DNA from: Acinetobacter wanghuae
GTDB taxonomy: Bacteria > Pseudomonadota > Gammaproteobacteria > Pseudomonadales > Moraxellaceae
Reading direction: 5' to 3'
Assembly (NCBI RefSeq): GCF_009557235.1
Contig: NZ_CP045650.1
Location: 1,740,001-1,772,000, forward strand
DNA length: 32,000 nt
The position numbers and the translations under genes were made by a program. Shown in pieces: positions 17,591 to 28,120 of the stretch (its first letter is position 1; each line of letters starts with the position of its first letter). A model generated the notes under the pieces. The model worked only from the letters and a program-made list of their open reading frames with translations. It ran no database searches and had not been told where the DNA came from.

Positions 17591-18625
17591 TTAAATAGTT
17601 TTAAAAGAGTGACATAAGTCCAAAAGACGATTTGCATACCCCCATTCATTGTCATACCACGCAAAGACCTTGGCTTGCTTGCCGACCACCATGGTTTGGC
17701 TTAAATCGACAATTAAAGAGTAAGGCGAATGATTGAAATCTGAGGAAACCAAAGGCTCATCGGTCACTGACATGATTTCTTTATAATTGCTATGTGCAGC
17801 GTTCATCAAAATTTCATTCAGCTGATGATCAGTAATTGTGGATTGCGAAATAAAGGTTAAATCAATGGCAGCCACGTTAATGGTCGGTACACGAATCGAA
17901 TAACCATCAATTCGCCCTTCCATTTTAGGCATGACACGTTTTAATGCACCGAGTGCCGAGGATGTCGTTGGAATAATATTTTGCCCAGATGCACGTGCCC
18001 GTCTTAAATCACGATGCGCATGATCAAGCACCGATTGATCGGCTGTCACTGCATGAATCTCGGTCATCAATGCCGATTCAATTCCAAAGGCATCATCAAT
18101 GATTTTCACCAATGGTACTAAGGCTTGCGTGGTACATGACACACTTGAAATAATTTGATCGGTTTCTTTTACTTCCTGATGGTTTACACCATAAACAATT
18201 GCAGCATCAACCGTATCAAACGGTGCAGCACCGATGATCACGCGTTTCGCACCCGCGTTAATATGTTGCGTTGCTGCACTACGTGAACGGAACAAACCCG
18301 TGCATTCTAAGACGACATCGACTTTTAATGCATCCCACGGCATATTGGACGGATTGGCTTCACAGAGGACTTCAACTTTCAGCTTGGCATCCAGATAACT
18401 GACATGCATATAGACATGATCCAGTTCATAGCTGAGATCGACCTGCCCGGGAAAGCGACCGTGCGTGCTGTCATACTTAAACAGATGCAATAAGGTTTCA
18501 ACATCGGCAACATCATTAATCGCAACAATTTCAAAATTAAAATCTTTTGGATTTTCAAACCATGCACGTAATACATTGCGTCCGATTCGTCCAAAACCAT
18601 TAATAGCGATACGTTGCATCGACAT
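17591..18625 (-). CDS. epd: GAPDH-family dehydrogenase with erythrose-4-phosphate dehydrogenase (Epd)-like signature
   Basis: INGFGRIGRN Rossmann start and the catalytic SCTT motif. The block HAVTADQSVLDHAHRDLRRARASGQNIIP resembles the Epd DLRRTRA segment rather than the GapA equivalent. Confidence 0.7.
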   Translation of the reverse strand: MSMQRIAINGFGRIGRNVLRAWFENPKDFNFEIVAINDVADVETLLHLFKYDSTHGRFPGQVDLSYELDHVYMHVSYLDAKLKVEVLCEANPSNMPWDALKVDVVLECTGLFRSRSAATQHINAGAKRVIIGAAPFDTVDAAIVYGVNHQEVKETDQIISSVSCTTQALVPLVKIIDDAFGIESALMTEIHAVTADQSVLDHAHRDLRRARASGQNIIPTTSSALGALKRVMPKMEGRIDGYSIRVPTINVAAIDLTFISQSTITDHQLNEILMNAAHSNYKEIMSVTDEPLVSSDFNHSPYSLIVDLSQTMVVGKQAKVFAWYDNEWGYANRLLDLCHSFKTI

Positions 18626-18898
18626 TCCTTAAATTGCGACTTAAAACTTTGAATGCCCTATGTTAATAGATTTATGCAGATGACTGATAATTATTCAAAC
18701 AAAAGCACTAAAATTTAGAGAGCATGCCCAATAATTCAACAATTAAATTGAGCGTATAGCCGATATAGCACTGTTTTCCTGTGTTTATTCAGAATTTAAA
18801 TCGCTGTTCTGACAATAGCTTTTGATTTTACAAATCATTTTTAGAAATTCAGGCGTCTTCATTGCTGAGCGTTTTATACGTTATAAAAATGAAAATCA

Positions 18899-18927
18899 TT
18901 GGTTGCACAGGTATTTTCCGTTATAAT
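18899..18927 (+). promoter_or_regulatory. Candidate sigma70 promoter of alaS
   Basis: TTGGTT-N17-TATAAT, about 120 nt upstream of the alaS ATG. Confidence 0.35.
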
Positions 18928-19046
18928 TTGGCGTTTTCGAAAATTTAAGCCGCGCATGTCAGCAAAGAAGTCTTTTCTTGTCAGACTGTCATGCTTTTAG
19001 CCAAATACAAGATTTATGGAGTGACTTGGTTGTGAGTACTCGTTTT

Positions 19047-21725
19047 ATGACATCCGCTGAAATTCGCGAAGCTTTTTTAAGCTATTTTGAATCGCAAGGG
19101 CATACACGTGTCGCGTCGAGTTCTCTGGTTCCTGCCAATGACCCAACGTTACTATTTACAAACGCAGGTATGAACCAGTTTAAAGACTGTTTCTTGGGTT
19201 TGGAAAAACGTGATTATGTTCGTGCAACATCTTCACAAAAATGTGTACGTGCAGGTGGTAAACACAACGACTTAGACAATGTCGGTTATACCGCACGTCA
19301 CCATACCTTCTTTGAAATGTTAGGTAACTTCTCGTTTGGTGATTACTTCAAACGTGATGCGATCAAATTTGCTTGGGAATTTTTAACCGGTGACAAATGG
19401 CTTGCGCTTCCTAAAGACAAACTTTATGCCACTGTTTACCATACAGATGACGAAGCATTTGATATTTGGAACAAAGAAATTGGTCTAGATGCTAGCCGTA
19501 TTATTCGCATTGGCGATAATAAAGGCGGTCAATACGCATCCGATAACTTCTGGGCAATGGGTGACACTGGTCCTTGTGGTCCATGTTCTGAAATCTTCTT
19601 TGACCATGGCGATCACATTTGGGGCGGCTTACCAGGCACACCTGAAGAAGATGGCGACCGTTTCATCGAGATTTGGAACAACGTATTCATGCAGTTTAAC
19701 CGTACTGCTGATGGCGTGTTGCACCCGCTTCCTGCACCGTCTGTTGATACAGGTATGGGCTTAGAACGTATTTCTGCTGTTTTACAACACGTTAACTCAA
19801 ACTACGAAATCGATCTATTCCAAAACTTATTAAAATCCGCTGCTGAAATCATTGGTTTAGATACATCTGAACTTGAAGCAAAAGCACAAGCTGAAAACAA
19901 ACCAGTTGACTACCCTGCATCGCTAAAAGTCGTTGCTGACCATGCACGTTCTTGCTGCTTCCTGATTGCTGATGGCGTAAACCCTTCAAATGAAGGTCGT
20001 GGTTATGTACTGCGTCGTATTATCCGTCGTGCGGTTCGCCACGGTAACAAATTGGGCGCAACAGGTTCATTCTTCCACAAAATGTTACAGCCTTTAATTG
20101 CTGTGATGGGTGATGCGTATCCTGAACTTGCAGCACAACAATCACGTATTGAAGCGCTGCTTTTAAAAGAAGAAGAGCAATTTGCGAAAACCCTAGAGCA
20201 AGGTTTGAAATTGCTTGAAGGCGAATTAGCAAACTTAAAAGGTAACGTGATTCCGGGTGAAGTAGTCTTTAAACTTTACGATACTTACGGCTTCCCAACA
20301 GATTTAACTGCCGACATCGCTCGTGAACGTGAATTGACAATCGATGAAGCGGGCTTCGAAGTTGAAATGGCTGCACAGCGTCAACGCGCACGTGATGCGG
20401 GCAAATTTGCAATCGACTATAACAGTGTGGTTAAAGTTGAAGGCGAAACGCAATTTGATGGCTATGACGCAACCCAAGGTCAAGGTCAGATTGTTGCGAT
20501 CTATAAAGATGGCGAACAAGTGGATGAAGTGGTTGAAGGTGATGAAGCTTTAATCGTTCTCAACCAAACCCCGTTCTATGCAGAAAGCGGTGGTCAAATC
20601 GGTGATACTGGTCTATTCAAAAATGAGACAGGTATTTTCGAAGTTCAAGATACCAAGAAATCGGGTGGCGCATTCGTTCACCAAGGTATCGTGACCATGG
20701 GTAGCTTAAAAGCAACTCAGTCGGTTGAAGCGATTGTAAAAGCGGATTTACGTGCTGCAACTGCGCGTAACCACTCTGCAACTCACCTTCTACATGCCGC
20801 TCTTCGCCAAGTGTTGGGTTCACATGTACAGCAAAAAGGTTCATTGGTTGCATCAGACATTTTACGTTTCGACTTTGCCAATGACCAACCTGTGACTTTC
20901 GAGCAATTGCAAGAAGTTGAACGTTTAGTGAATGCTGAAGTGATTGCCAATACTGCTGTAACAACTGAACTTCTTGACATCGAGTCTGCAAAAGCCAAAG
21001 GCGCGATGATGTTGTTCGGTGAAAAATACGGTGATGAAGTACGTGTACTTTCAATGGGTTCTGTGATTGAAGAGAAAAACTTCTCAATCGAGCTTTGTGG
21101 TGGTATTCATGTCAAACGTACAGGTGACATCGGTCTATTCAAAATCACCTCTGAAGGTGGTGTTGCAGCAGGTGTACGTCGTATTGAAGCAGTTACTGGT
21201 ACTAAAGCAGTAGATGCCGTGCAAAAAGTAGATCGTGATGTCCAGTACATTAATGGTTTATTAAAAGCACAAAATCATCAAACGGTTGAAAAAGTTGAAT
21301 CTGTGGTTGAGACTGCGCATCAGTTACAAAAACAGATTGAACAACTCAATCAAAAACTTGCGAGCCTGCAAGCGGGCGAACTTCTTAGCCAAGTTCAAAA
21401 CATTGCTGGACGTACAACGTTGATTACAACCGTCGAAAATATGGATGCGAAATCACTTCGTAACCTACATGACGGTGTGAAATCAAAATTAGACAATGCA
21501 GTGATTGTACTTGCAGGTGTTGATGGTGACAAAGTCAGCCTGATTGCTTCTGTTGCTAAAGAGTTCACAGCGAATGTTAAAGCCGGTGACATCATCAAAC
21601 ATCTTGCGACTGAGCTTGGTGGTAAAGGTGGTGGTAAACCTGATCTAGCGCAAGGTGGTGCACCATTCAATGAAAAGCTTGCACCTGTAATGACCAGCTT
21701 AAACGATTGGTTCGCTGCAAAATAA
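19047..21725 (+). CDS. alaS: Alanine--tRNA ligase
   Basis: [19 protein letters not shown] start, class II core, HxxxH/CxxxH editing-domain region (HSATHLLH...CGGIH) and a C-terminal DHHA1-like domain. A possible alternative GTG start at 19032 has GGAG upstream. Confidence 0.95.
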   Translation: MTSAEIREAFLSYFESQGHTRVASSSLVPANDPTLLFTNAGMNQFKDCFLGLEKRDYVRATSSQKCVRAGGKHNDLDNVGYTARHHTFFEMLGNFSFGDYFKRDAIKFAWEFLTGDKWLALPKDKLYATVYHTDDEAFDIWNKEIGLDASRIIRIGDNKGGQYASDNFWAMGDTGPCGPCSEIFFDHGDHIWGGLPGTPEEDGDRFIEIWNNVFMQFNRTADGVLHPLPAPSVDTGMGLERISAVLQHVNSNYEIDLFQNLLKSAAEIIGLDTSELEAKAQAENKPVDYPASLKVVADHARSCCFLIADGVNPSNEGRGYVLRRIIRRAVRHGNKLGATGSFFHKMLQPLIAVMGDAYPELAAQQSRIEALLLKEEEQFAKTLEQGLKLLEGELANLKGNVIPGEVVFKLYDTYGFPTDLTADIARERELTIDEAGFEVEMAAQRQRARDAGKFAIDYNSVVKVEGETQFDGYDATQGQGQIVAIYKDGEQVDEVVEGDEALIVLNQTPFYAESGGQIGDTGLFKNETGIFEVQDTKKSGGAFVHQGIVTMGSLKATQSVEAIVKADLRAATARNHSATHLLHAALRQVLGSHVQQKGSLVASDILRFDFANDQPVTFEQLQEVERLVNAEVIANTAVTTELLDIESAKAKGAMMLFGEKYGDEVRVLSMGSVIEEKNFSIELCGGIHVKRTGDIGLFKITSEGGVAAGVRRIEAVTGTKAVDAVQKVDRDVQYINGLLKAQNHQTVEKVESVVETAHQLQKQIEQLNQKLASLQAGELLSQVQNIAGRTTLITTVENMDAKSLRNLHDGVKSKLDNAVIVLAGVDGDKVSLIASVAKEFTANVKAGDIIKHLATELGGKGGGKPDLAQGGAPFNEKLAPVMTSLNDWFAAK

Positions 21726-21746
21726 GGGTTTTATATACGCCAAAGT

Positions 21747-21780
21747 GAACAGGATGTGAGGGTCTCATCCTGTTCATTGT
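21747..21780 (+). terminator. Strong hairpin downstream of alaS; probable terminator with a weak U-tract
   Basis: gaacaggatg/catcctgttc 10-bp stem with a 9-nt loop, followed by attgtat. Confidence 0.5.
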
Positions 21781-22034
21781 ATAAAAGCCAAACACTTGTT
21801 ATGTTTCGCCTCATTTTTTAATGAAGCAAAACCGCTGACATGATAATAATGATGGAGTCCTGCAAAATCGTTCAAAATTTGATTTTGCAGACACGAAGTA
21901 TCTATATCGATTCATCTCATTGCACTGAGTGGAATTGATCAGCTACGTGGTATGTTGCAGCAAGCAAGTTGGTTTGCTGCAAATATATTTAAGTGTTTTA
22001 AGTCATTAGACTTATTTACTTGGTAAGGATAGTT

Positions 22035-23315
22035 ATGGCATTAATCGTTCAAAAATATGGCGGTACCTCAATGGGTACTCCTGAGCGCATTTTAAATGTT
22101 GCTCGTCGCGTAAAGCGCTGGCGTGATCATGGGCACAAGGTTGTGGTCGTGGTATCTGCAATGAGTGGCGAAACCAATCGCCTACTTGCTTTAGCGAAAG
22201 CCATTACCGAAACCCCTGATCCACGTGAACTCGACCAAATGGTGTCTACGGGTGAACAGGTAACGATTTCTATGCTTGCGATGGCGCTCAATTCAATTGG
22301 CGTTGAAGCAAAATCTTTAACAGGTCGTCAAGTTGGCATTAAAACCGACAGCGCCTTTACCAAAGCACGTATTGAAGCGATTGATACCGATGTCATGACT
22401 GCTCACTTAGATGCAGGACGTGTCATTGTTGTTGCAGGTTTCCAAGGCTTTGATGCCGAAGGCAATACAACGACTTTAGGTCGTGGTGGCTCAGATACAT
22501 CAGGCGTTGCACTTGCAGCTGCACTCAAAGCAGATGAATGCCAAATTTACACAGATGTCGATGGTGTTTATACCACTGACCCACGTGTTGCTCCTAAAGC
22601 GAAAAAAGTGGATCGTATTTCATTTGAAGAAATGCTGGAAATGGCTTCGCTAGGTTCGAAAGTCCTTCAAATTCGTTCTGTTGAATTTGCAGGTAAATAC
22701 CAAGTTCCTTTACGCGTATTATCAAGCTTTGATAATGACGATGATGGCGCATTCGACGAAGCATTTAAACAAAACGTCGGTACACTCATTACTACTGAAT
22801 TGGAAGACAACATGGAACAACCAATTATCTCTGGTATCGCGTTCAACCGTGACGAAGCAAAATTAACGATCCTTGGCGTTCCAAACGAACCAGGTAATGC
22901 TTCAAAAATTTTAGCGCCAATTGGTGCTGCAAATATTGAAGTTGACATGATCATTCAAAACGTAGAAGAAGACGGAACAACTGACTTCACGTTTACAGTG
23001 AATCGTGGCGAACTTGCAAAAGCAAAAGCTATTTTAGAAGAAACAGCACGCAATATTGGTGCGCGTGAAGTTGCAACACGTAATGACATCGTCAAAGTGT
23101 CAATCGTGGGTGTGGGCATGCGTTCACATGCAGGCGTGGCAAGCAAAATGTTTACTGCCCTTGCCGATGAAAACATCAACATTATGATGATTTCGACCTC
23201 TGAAATTAAAATTTCAGTGATTATTGAAGAAAATTATTTAGAGCTTGCTGTTCGTTCATTGCACACAGCATTCGGTCTTGACCGTGAGCATGGTGAATCT
23301 AGCGTTCGTGCTTAA
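22035..23315 (+). CDS. lysC: Aspartate kinase
   Basis: MALIVQKYGGTS start, amino-acid kinase domain, and two C-terminal ACT-like repeats. Confidence 0.9.
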   Translation: MALIVQKYGGTSMGTPERILNVARRVKRWRDHGHKVVVVVSAMSGETNRLLALAKAITETPDPRELDQMVSTGEQVTISMLAMALNSIGVEAKSLTGRQVGIKTDSAFTKARIEAIDTDVMTAHLDAGRVIVVAGFQGFDAEGNTTTLGRGGSDTSGVALAAALKADECQIYTDVDGVYTTDPRVAPKAKKVDRISFEEMLEMASLGSKVLQIRSVEFAGKYQVPLRVLSSFDNDDDGAFDEAFKQNVGTLITTELEDNMEQPIISGIAFNRDEAKLTILGVPNEPGNASKILAPIGAANIEVDMIIQNVEEDGTTDFTFTVNRGELAKAKAILEETARNIGAREVATRNDIVKVSIVGVGMRSHAGVASKMFTALADENINIMMISTSEIKISVIIEENYLELAVRSLHTAFGLDREHGESSVRA

Positions 23316-23379
23316 TGGCTAGATTGCTAAAATAATGTCCTTGTCAGACAGTATTTTGCAAAACTCTACAAAAATTCAG

Positions 23380-23415
23380 GGCCACTATAGTGTTTTTTAT
23401 AGTGGCTCTGTTATA
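23380..23415 (+). terminator. Hairpin downstream of lysC; probable terminator
   Basis: gccactata/tatagtggc 9-bp stem with an 8-nt T-rich loop. Confidence 0.5.
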
Positions 23416-23573
23416 TTAGCCTTGAGGATTTATAGAAAATTACGATAGCTGTAATCAAAACCAAGATGGTTTTGTTTTCTATCAAGATTTTCTCTGTGAT
23501 TTCAAACGTTTTAAATTTTTAATTATTACATTCTAAATCGATTGCAGGTTTTGCATTTTGCAAGGAGATAAAC

Positions 23574-23828
23574 ATGCTGATTCTGACTCGACGTGTCGGA
23601 GAAACATTAATGATCGGAGACCAAGTCAGCGTGACTGTACTTGGGGTAAAAGGTAATCAGGTCCGTATTGGTGTCAATGCACCTAAAGAAGTCTCTGTAC
23701 ACCGTGAAGAAATTTATCAACGCATTCAGCATGAACGCGCGATGCATGAGCATCTTCAACATATCGATCAAGACTATCAACCTTCTTTTGAAGATGATAC
23801 TCAACCACAGAATGACTTTAATCGTTAA
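23574..23828 (+). CDS. csrA: Carbon storage regulator CsrA, long form with a C-terminal extension
   Basis: [16 protein letters not shown]...[29 protein letters not shown] is canonical CsrA. About 25 additional acidic/His-rich residues follow. Confidence 0.95.
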   Translation: MLILTRRVGETLMIGDQVSVTVLGVKGNQVRIGVNAPKEVSVHREEIYQRIQHERAMHEHLQHIDQDYQPSFEDDTQPQNDFNR

Positions 23829-23842
23829 TTCGAGTGAAATAT

Positions 23843-23870
23843 AAAGCGGCCTATGAGCCGCTTTAATTTT
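23843..23870 (+). terminator. Rho-independent terminator of csrA
   Basis: aaagcggc/gccgcttt stem with a 6-nt loop, followed by TTTAATTTT. Confidence 0.75.
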
Positions 23871-23921
23871 GTGACTGCTGCAAGCTAAAAAACTTACCTA
23901 AAACAAAAAATGTCTAAAAAA

Positions 23922-24518
23922 TTATTCGCCTAATAAATCTTGTTGAACTTGCATCGCAGCCAATGCATTTCGTACCGGTGAAAAACTGCGTCGATGCTCC
24001 GCAATTACCCCATGCGCTGCAATTGCTTCAAAATGCGCTTTGGTTGGGTAGCCTTTATGCTTGGCAAACCCAAATTGTGGGTATTTTTGATCAAGCTCAA
24101 TCATCTGATGATCACGCGTGACTTTAGCCAAAATACTTGCAGCTGAAATTTCAGCATGTAAAGCATCCCCCCCCACGACTGCTTCACAACTCATTGTTAA
24201 ACCTTGTACTAATTTATTACCGTCAATCAGTACATGCTCAGGTTGAATGTTTAAAGCTTCAATTGCGCGTTTCATCGCAAGTAATGATGCCTGCAAAATA
24301 TTAAGTTCATCAATTTCTTGCGCAGAACTTTCGGCAATTGCCCAAGCCAATGCCTTTTCTTGAATTTCTACAAATAACTTTTCACGCTTTTTCTCTGTGA
24401 GCTTTTTTGAGTCATTTAAGCCTTCGATCGGACGATTGGGATCTAAAATAACGGCGGCAGCCACCACAGACCCTACCAATGGACCACGCCCTGCCTCATC
24501 TGTACCTGCAATTAACAT
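23922..24518 (-). CDS. rnhB: Ribonuclease HII
   Basis: [19 protein letters not shown] active-site start, 198 aa. Confidence 0.9.
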   Translation of the reverse strand: MLIAGTDEAGRGPLVGSVVAAAVILDPNRPIEGLNDSKKLTEKKREKLFVEIQEKALAWAIAESSAQEIDELNILQASLLAMKRAIEALNIQPEHVLIDGNKLVQGLTMSCEAVVGGDALHAEISAASILAKVTRDHQMIELDQKYPQFGFAKHKGYPTKAHFEAIAAHGVIAEHRRSFSPVRNALAAMQVQQDLLGE

Positions 24519-24526
24519 GTGTATTC

Positions 24527-24570
24527 CTTAAAAATAAAAACGACCCAAAATGTAAACATCATGGATCGTC
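24527..24570 (-). terminator. Rho-independent terminator of the upstream lipoprotein gene
   Basis: Minus strand has an acgatcca/tgggtcgt stem with one G-U pair, followed by TTTTTATTTTT. Confidence 0.6.
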
Positions 24571-24589
24571 GATTTATCCAAAAAATGGA

Positions 24590-24970
24590 TTAGTTTTTCA
24601 GTGTATCAACCACACAGGCATTTAAAGTAGAAGTTACAACTTTAGTAATTAATGTCGCTTGGGTGGTTTTATCCATCGCAGCTACGATTAAATCAGTTGG
24701 TGTTACACTGGTTGTCGCTTTTTCGCCAACACATGAACACACTTCTGTTTGAAGTTCAGTTTTTTGAGTTTCAGTCAGAAGTTTAGAACCCGTTTTCCAA
24801 TAGGTATTGTTGTTTAATTCAGTAACGCATTTCGCTTGAACACCGACTTTAATCGCCATCATTGCCAAATTATTGGTCGTATTCGCTGCTGTTCCTTGCG
24901 TTGTGCCTGTTGCTGCACAACCCGTTAAAGCAAGGAGCATAGGTACAACGACAGCAATTAATTTTTTCAC
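24590..24970 (-). CDS. Small lipoprotein of unknown function, four-Cys family member 1
   Basis: Lipobox LALTGC. GTG start at 24970 with AAGGA about 9 nt upstream. The mature part shares the pattern C..EL.....WK....LQ.EVC.C.GE.A....L..C with the next gene. Confidence 0.6.
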   Translation of the reverse strand: MKKLIAVVVPMLLALTGCAATGTTQGTAANTTNNLAMMAIKVGVQAKCVTELNNNTYWKTGSKLLTETQKTELQTEVCSCVGEKATTSVTPTDLIVAAMDKTTQATLITKVVTSTLNACVVDTLKN

Positions 24971-25102
24971 AGAATTTTTCCTTTTGAATGAATAAGTCAC
25001 ATTGGGTGCTATTGTGCCTAAAGTGTTTTGGTTAAGACATCATTAAATGTGTTTTCTGAATGGCAAGCGTGCAAACGATCTACCATCAAATTAAAGATAG
25101 AC

Positions 25103-25441
25103 TCATTTTTTAGCCGCTAGTAAACAGCCTTTTAGACTATTTAGCATTGCTTGGCGCACGACTTGATTCTTCACTTCATCATTGATGGTCGCTTGCAATA
25201 AAGTTTTTGCAGGCACATTTTCCAAAGCATGTTCACCAATACAGCCGCATACTTCATTTTGCAGTTTGAGCTTATTGGTATCCTGCATAAAATAAGTCGA
25301 GGCTTTCCAAAGTTTTGAGTCTTTGAGTTCTGCCGCACACTGGTATTCAATCACTGGCTTAAGGACTTTTTGAGTCATGCTCATTTGTGCAGATGCAGTC
25401 ATTGAACACAGTAAAGCCATCCCAAACACAACATATTTCAT
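25103..25441 (-). CDS. Small secreted protein of unknown function, four-Cys family member 2
   Basis: Start set at MKYVVFGMALLCSMTASA, which gives a signal peptide and avoids overlap with add. Paralogue of 24590-24970. Confidence 0.6.
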   Translation of the reverse strand: MKYVVFGMALLCSMTASAQMSMTQKVLKPVIEYQCAAELKDSKLWKASTYFMQDTNKLKLQNEVCGCIGEHALENVPAKTLLQATINDEVKNQVVRQAMLNSLKGCLLAAKK

Positions 25442-25503
25442 TGACGTCTTAACCTTTAGGCATAAAAAAGCAGAGTAAACTCTGCTGATATAAGAACGGT
25501 ATT

Positions 25504-26514
<1,011 letters not shown>

Positions 26515-26532
26515 TTATACAAAATCAAATGA

Positions 26533-26563
26533 TAAAAAAAAGGTGCAAACTGAGTTTACACCC
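26533..26563 (-). terminator. Rho-independent terminator between the permease and deaminase genes
   Basis: Minus strand has a ggtgtaaac/gtttgcacc stem with one G-U pair, followed by T8. Confidence 0.7.
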
Positions 26564-26583
26564 TTTTAAAAACTGAAGAAAAC

Positions 26584-27906
26584 CTAGCCACCAAAGTAGG
26601 CAAATTTAATCGTCCAAAGCACAGCAACAATCCAGACCATATAAGGTACAGTTTTCGCTTTGCCAGTGAGCAATTTAATTAGTGCATAGCTAATGAAGCC
26701 CATCGCAATACCATCTGCAATTGAATAGGCAAATGGCATAAAGATAATGGTTAAGAAGGCAGGAACAGCTTCTGTAATATCATCCCAAGCAATATGTACA
26801 ATGCCTTGAATCATCAGTACACCGACAAACAGCAAAGCAGGTGCAGTTGCAAAACCTGGAACCGATTGCGCCAATGGTGCTAAGAACAAGCACAAGAGGA
26901 ACATAATACCCACAACGACAGCGGTTAAGCCTGTACGACCACCGGCAGCTACACCCGCAGATGATTCGATATATGGTGTAGTCGAAGACGTACCCAATGC
27001 AGCACCTGCCACAATTGCAGATGAATCCGCAAATAATGCTTTCTTCAAGCGCGGTAATTTACCATCTTTAAGCAGTCCAGCACGGTGTGAAACACCCACC
27101 AAGGTACCAGTTGAGTCGAACAAATCGACCAAGAAGAAGACAAAGATTACACCGATCAAACTTGCACTAAACAAGCCTTCAAAGTCCATTTGCATGAACG
27201 TAGGCGCAAGTGATGGAATTTGACCAATCACACCTTTAAATTCGTTATAGCCGAGTACTGTTGAAATTGCAGTAATCGCTAAAATACTGATGATGATTGC
27301 ACCGCGAATTTTAAATTGATGCATCACAACAACAAGCAGGAAGCCTAATAACGCAAGCAATACAGTCGGCTGCTTTAAATCACCTAAGCCAACCAAAGTT
27401 GCTGGATTGTCCACAATAATGCCGGCATTTTTTAATGCAACCAATGCGAGGAACAAACCAATACCACCACCAATCGCAAATTTAAGCGACATCGGGATAG
27501 CATTTACAATAGCTTCACGCACCTTGAACATGCTGATGGCAACGAATACCAAACCAGACACAAACACAGCCGCTAAAGCAGTTTGCCAAGGCACGCCCAT
27601 TCCCATACAAACCGAATAGGTAAAGTAAGCATTTAAGCCCATACCGGGCGCAAGCGCGATAGGATAGTTTGCTACAATCCCCATCACTAAACAGCCAATT
27701 GCGGCTGCAAGACAGGTTGCAACAAAGACAGCCCCATGATCCATGCCTGTTTCTGACAAAATCATTGGATTGACAATAATGATGTAACACATTGTTAAGA
27801 ATGTTGTTACACCTGCTAGCACTTCTGTACGAAAACTAGTCTTATTTTCACTCAGTTTGAACATACGTTCAAACAAGCTTTCAGAAGATGGATTAGGAGT
27901 CGTCAT
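26584..27906 (-). CDS. NCS2/AzgA-family purine (adenine/hypoxanthine/guanine) permease
   Basis: 440-aa polytopic protein with the AzgA-type N-terminus (FKLSENKTSFRTEVLAGVTTFLTMCYIIIVNP). It is adjacent to the deaminase gene. Confidence 0.85.
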   Translation of the reverse strand: MTTPNPSSESLFERMFKLSENKTSFRTEVLAGVTTFLTMCYIIIVNPMILSETGMDHGAVFVATCLAAAIGCLVMGIVANYPIALAPGMGLNAYFTYSVCMGMGVPWQTALAAVFVSGLVFVAISMFKVREAIVNAIPMSLKFAIGGGIGLFLALVALKNAGIIVDNPATLVGLGDLKQPTVLLALLGFLLVVVMHQFKIRGAIIISILAITAISTVLGYNEFKGVIGQIPSLAPTFMQMDFEGLFSASLIGVIFVFFLVDLFDSTGTLVGVSHRAGLLKDGKLPRLKKALFADSSAIVAGAALGTSSTTPYIESSAGVAAGGRTGLTAVVVGIMFLLCLFLAPLAQSVPGFATAPALLFVGVLMIQGIVHIAWDDITEAVPAFLTIIFMPFAYSIADGIAMGFISYALIKLLTGKAKTVPYMVWIVAVLWTIKFAYFGG

Positions 27907-27950
27907 GACCTATCCCCTATTGAGTAAACTGTATGCGTTAAGCATTCCGT

Positions 27951-27979
27951 AAATATCGTGATATTTTCAAAAATATCAA
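27951..27979 (-). promoter_or_regulatory. Candidate permease promoter overlapped by an array of three GATATTT half-sites
   Basis: Minus strand reads TTGATA-N16-GATATT. On the plus strand, AAATATC-gt-GATATTTT-ca-AAAATATC forms two overlapping perfect palindromes 45-71 nt upstream of the ATG. Confidence 0.3.
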
Positions 27980-28090
27980 TTATCTATGAATCTATTAGCA
28001 ACGAATATGCCAGTATTGCTATTCGACCGGTCAAAAAATTTTCCAGTACACCTTAACAATAAATGCAGTTAATAAACTGAAAATTACCAA

Positions 28091-28120
28091 CAAAAAAGCT
28101 GCATAACACTTATGCAGCTT
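28091..28120 (-). terminator. Strong rho-independent terminator in the long intergenic region
   Basis: aagctgcata/tatgcagctt perfect 10-bp stem with a 5-nt loop. Minus strand is followed by TTTTTTG. Confidence 0.75.

Noticed and set aside
20617-21087. 156-aa ORF antisense to alaS. Similar antisense or shadow ORFs occur at 11509-11895 and 11748-12023 (in purA), 12374-12703 (in hisZ), 22667-23182 (in lysC), 15473-15754 (in azlC), 14060-14395, 26175-26486 and 27515-27790.
   Set aside because: All lie entirely inside well-supported conserved genes on the opposite strand or in another frame. Their composition is low-complexity or shadow-frame, and they have no RBS or recognisable motifs. They are typical shadow ORFs.
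21726-22034. Possible lysine (L-box) riboswitch upstream of lysC.
   Set aside because: No L-box conserved cores are visible, and the leader is too AT-rich and simple. Only two plain hairpins are present, and they are reported separately at low interest.
23574-23828. CsrA with a C-terminal extension of about 25 aa (84 aa against about 61 aa in E. coli).
   Set aside because: From memory, long-tailed CsrA proteins are the normal form in Acinetobacter, so this is probably lineage-typical rather than novel. It could be confirmed by aligning Moraxellaceae CsrA sequences.
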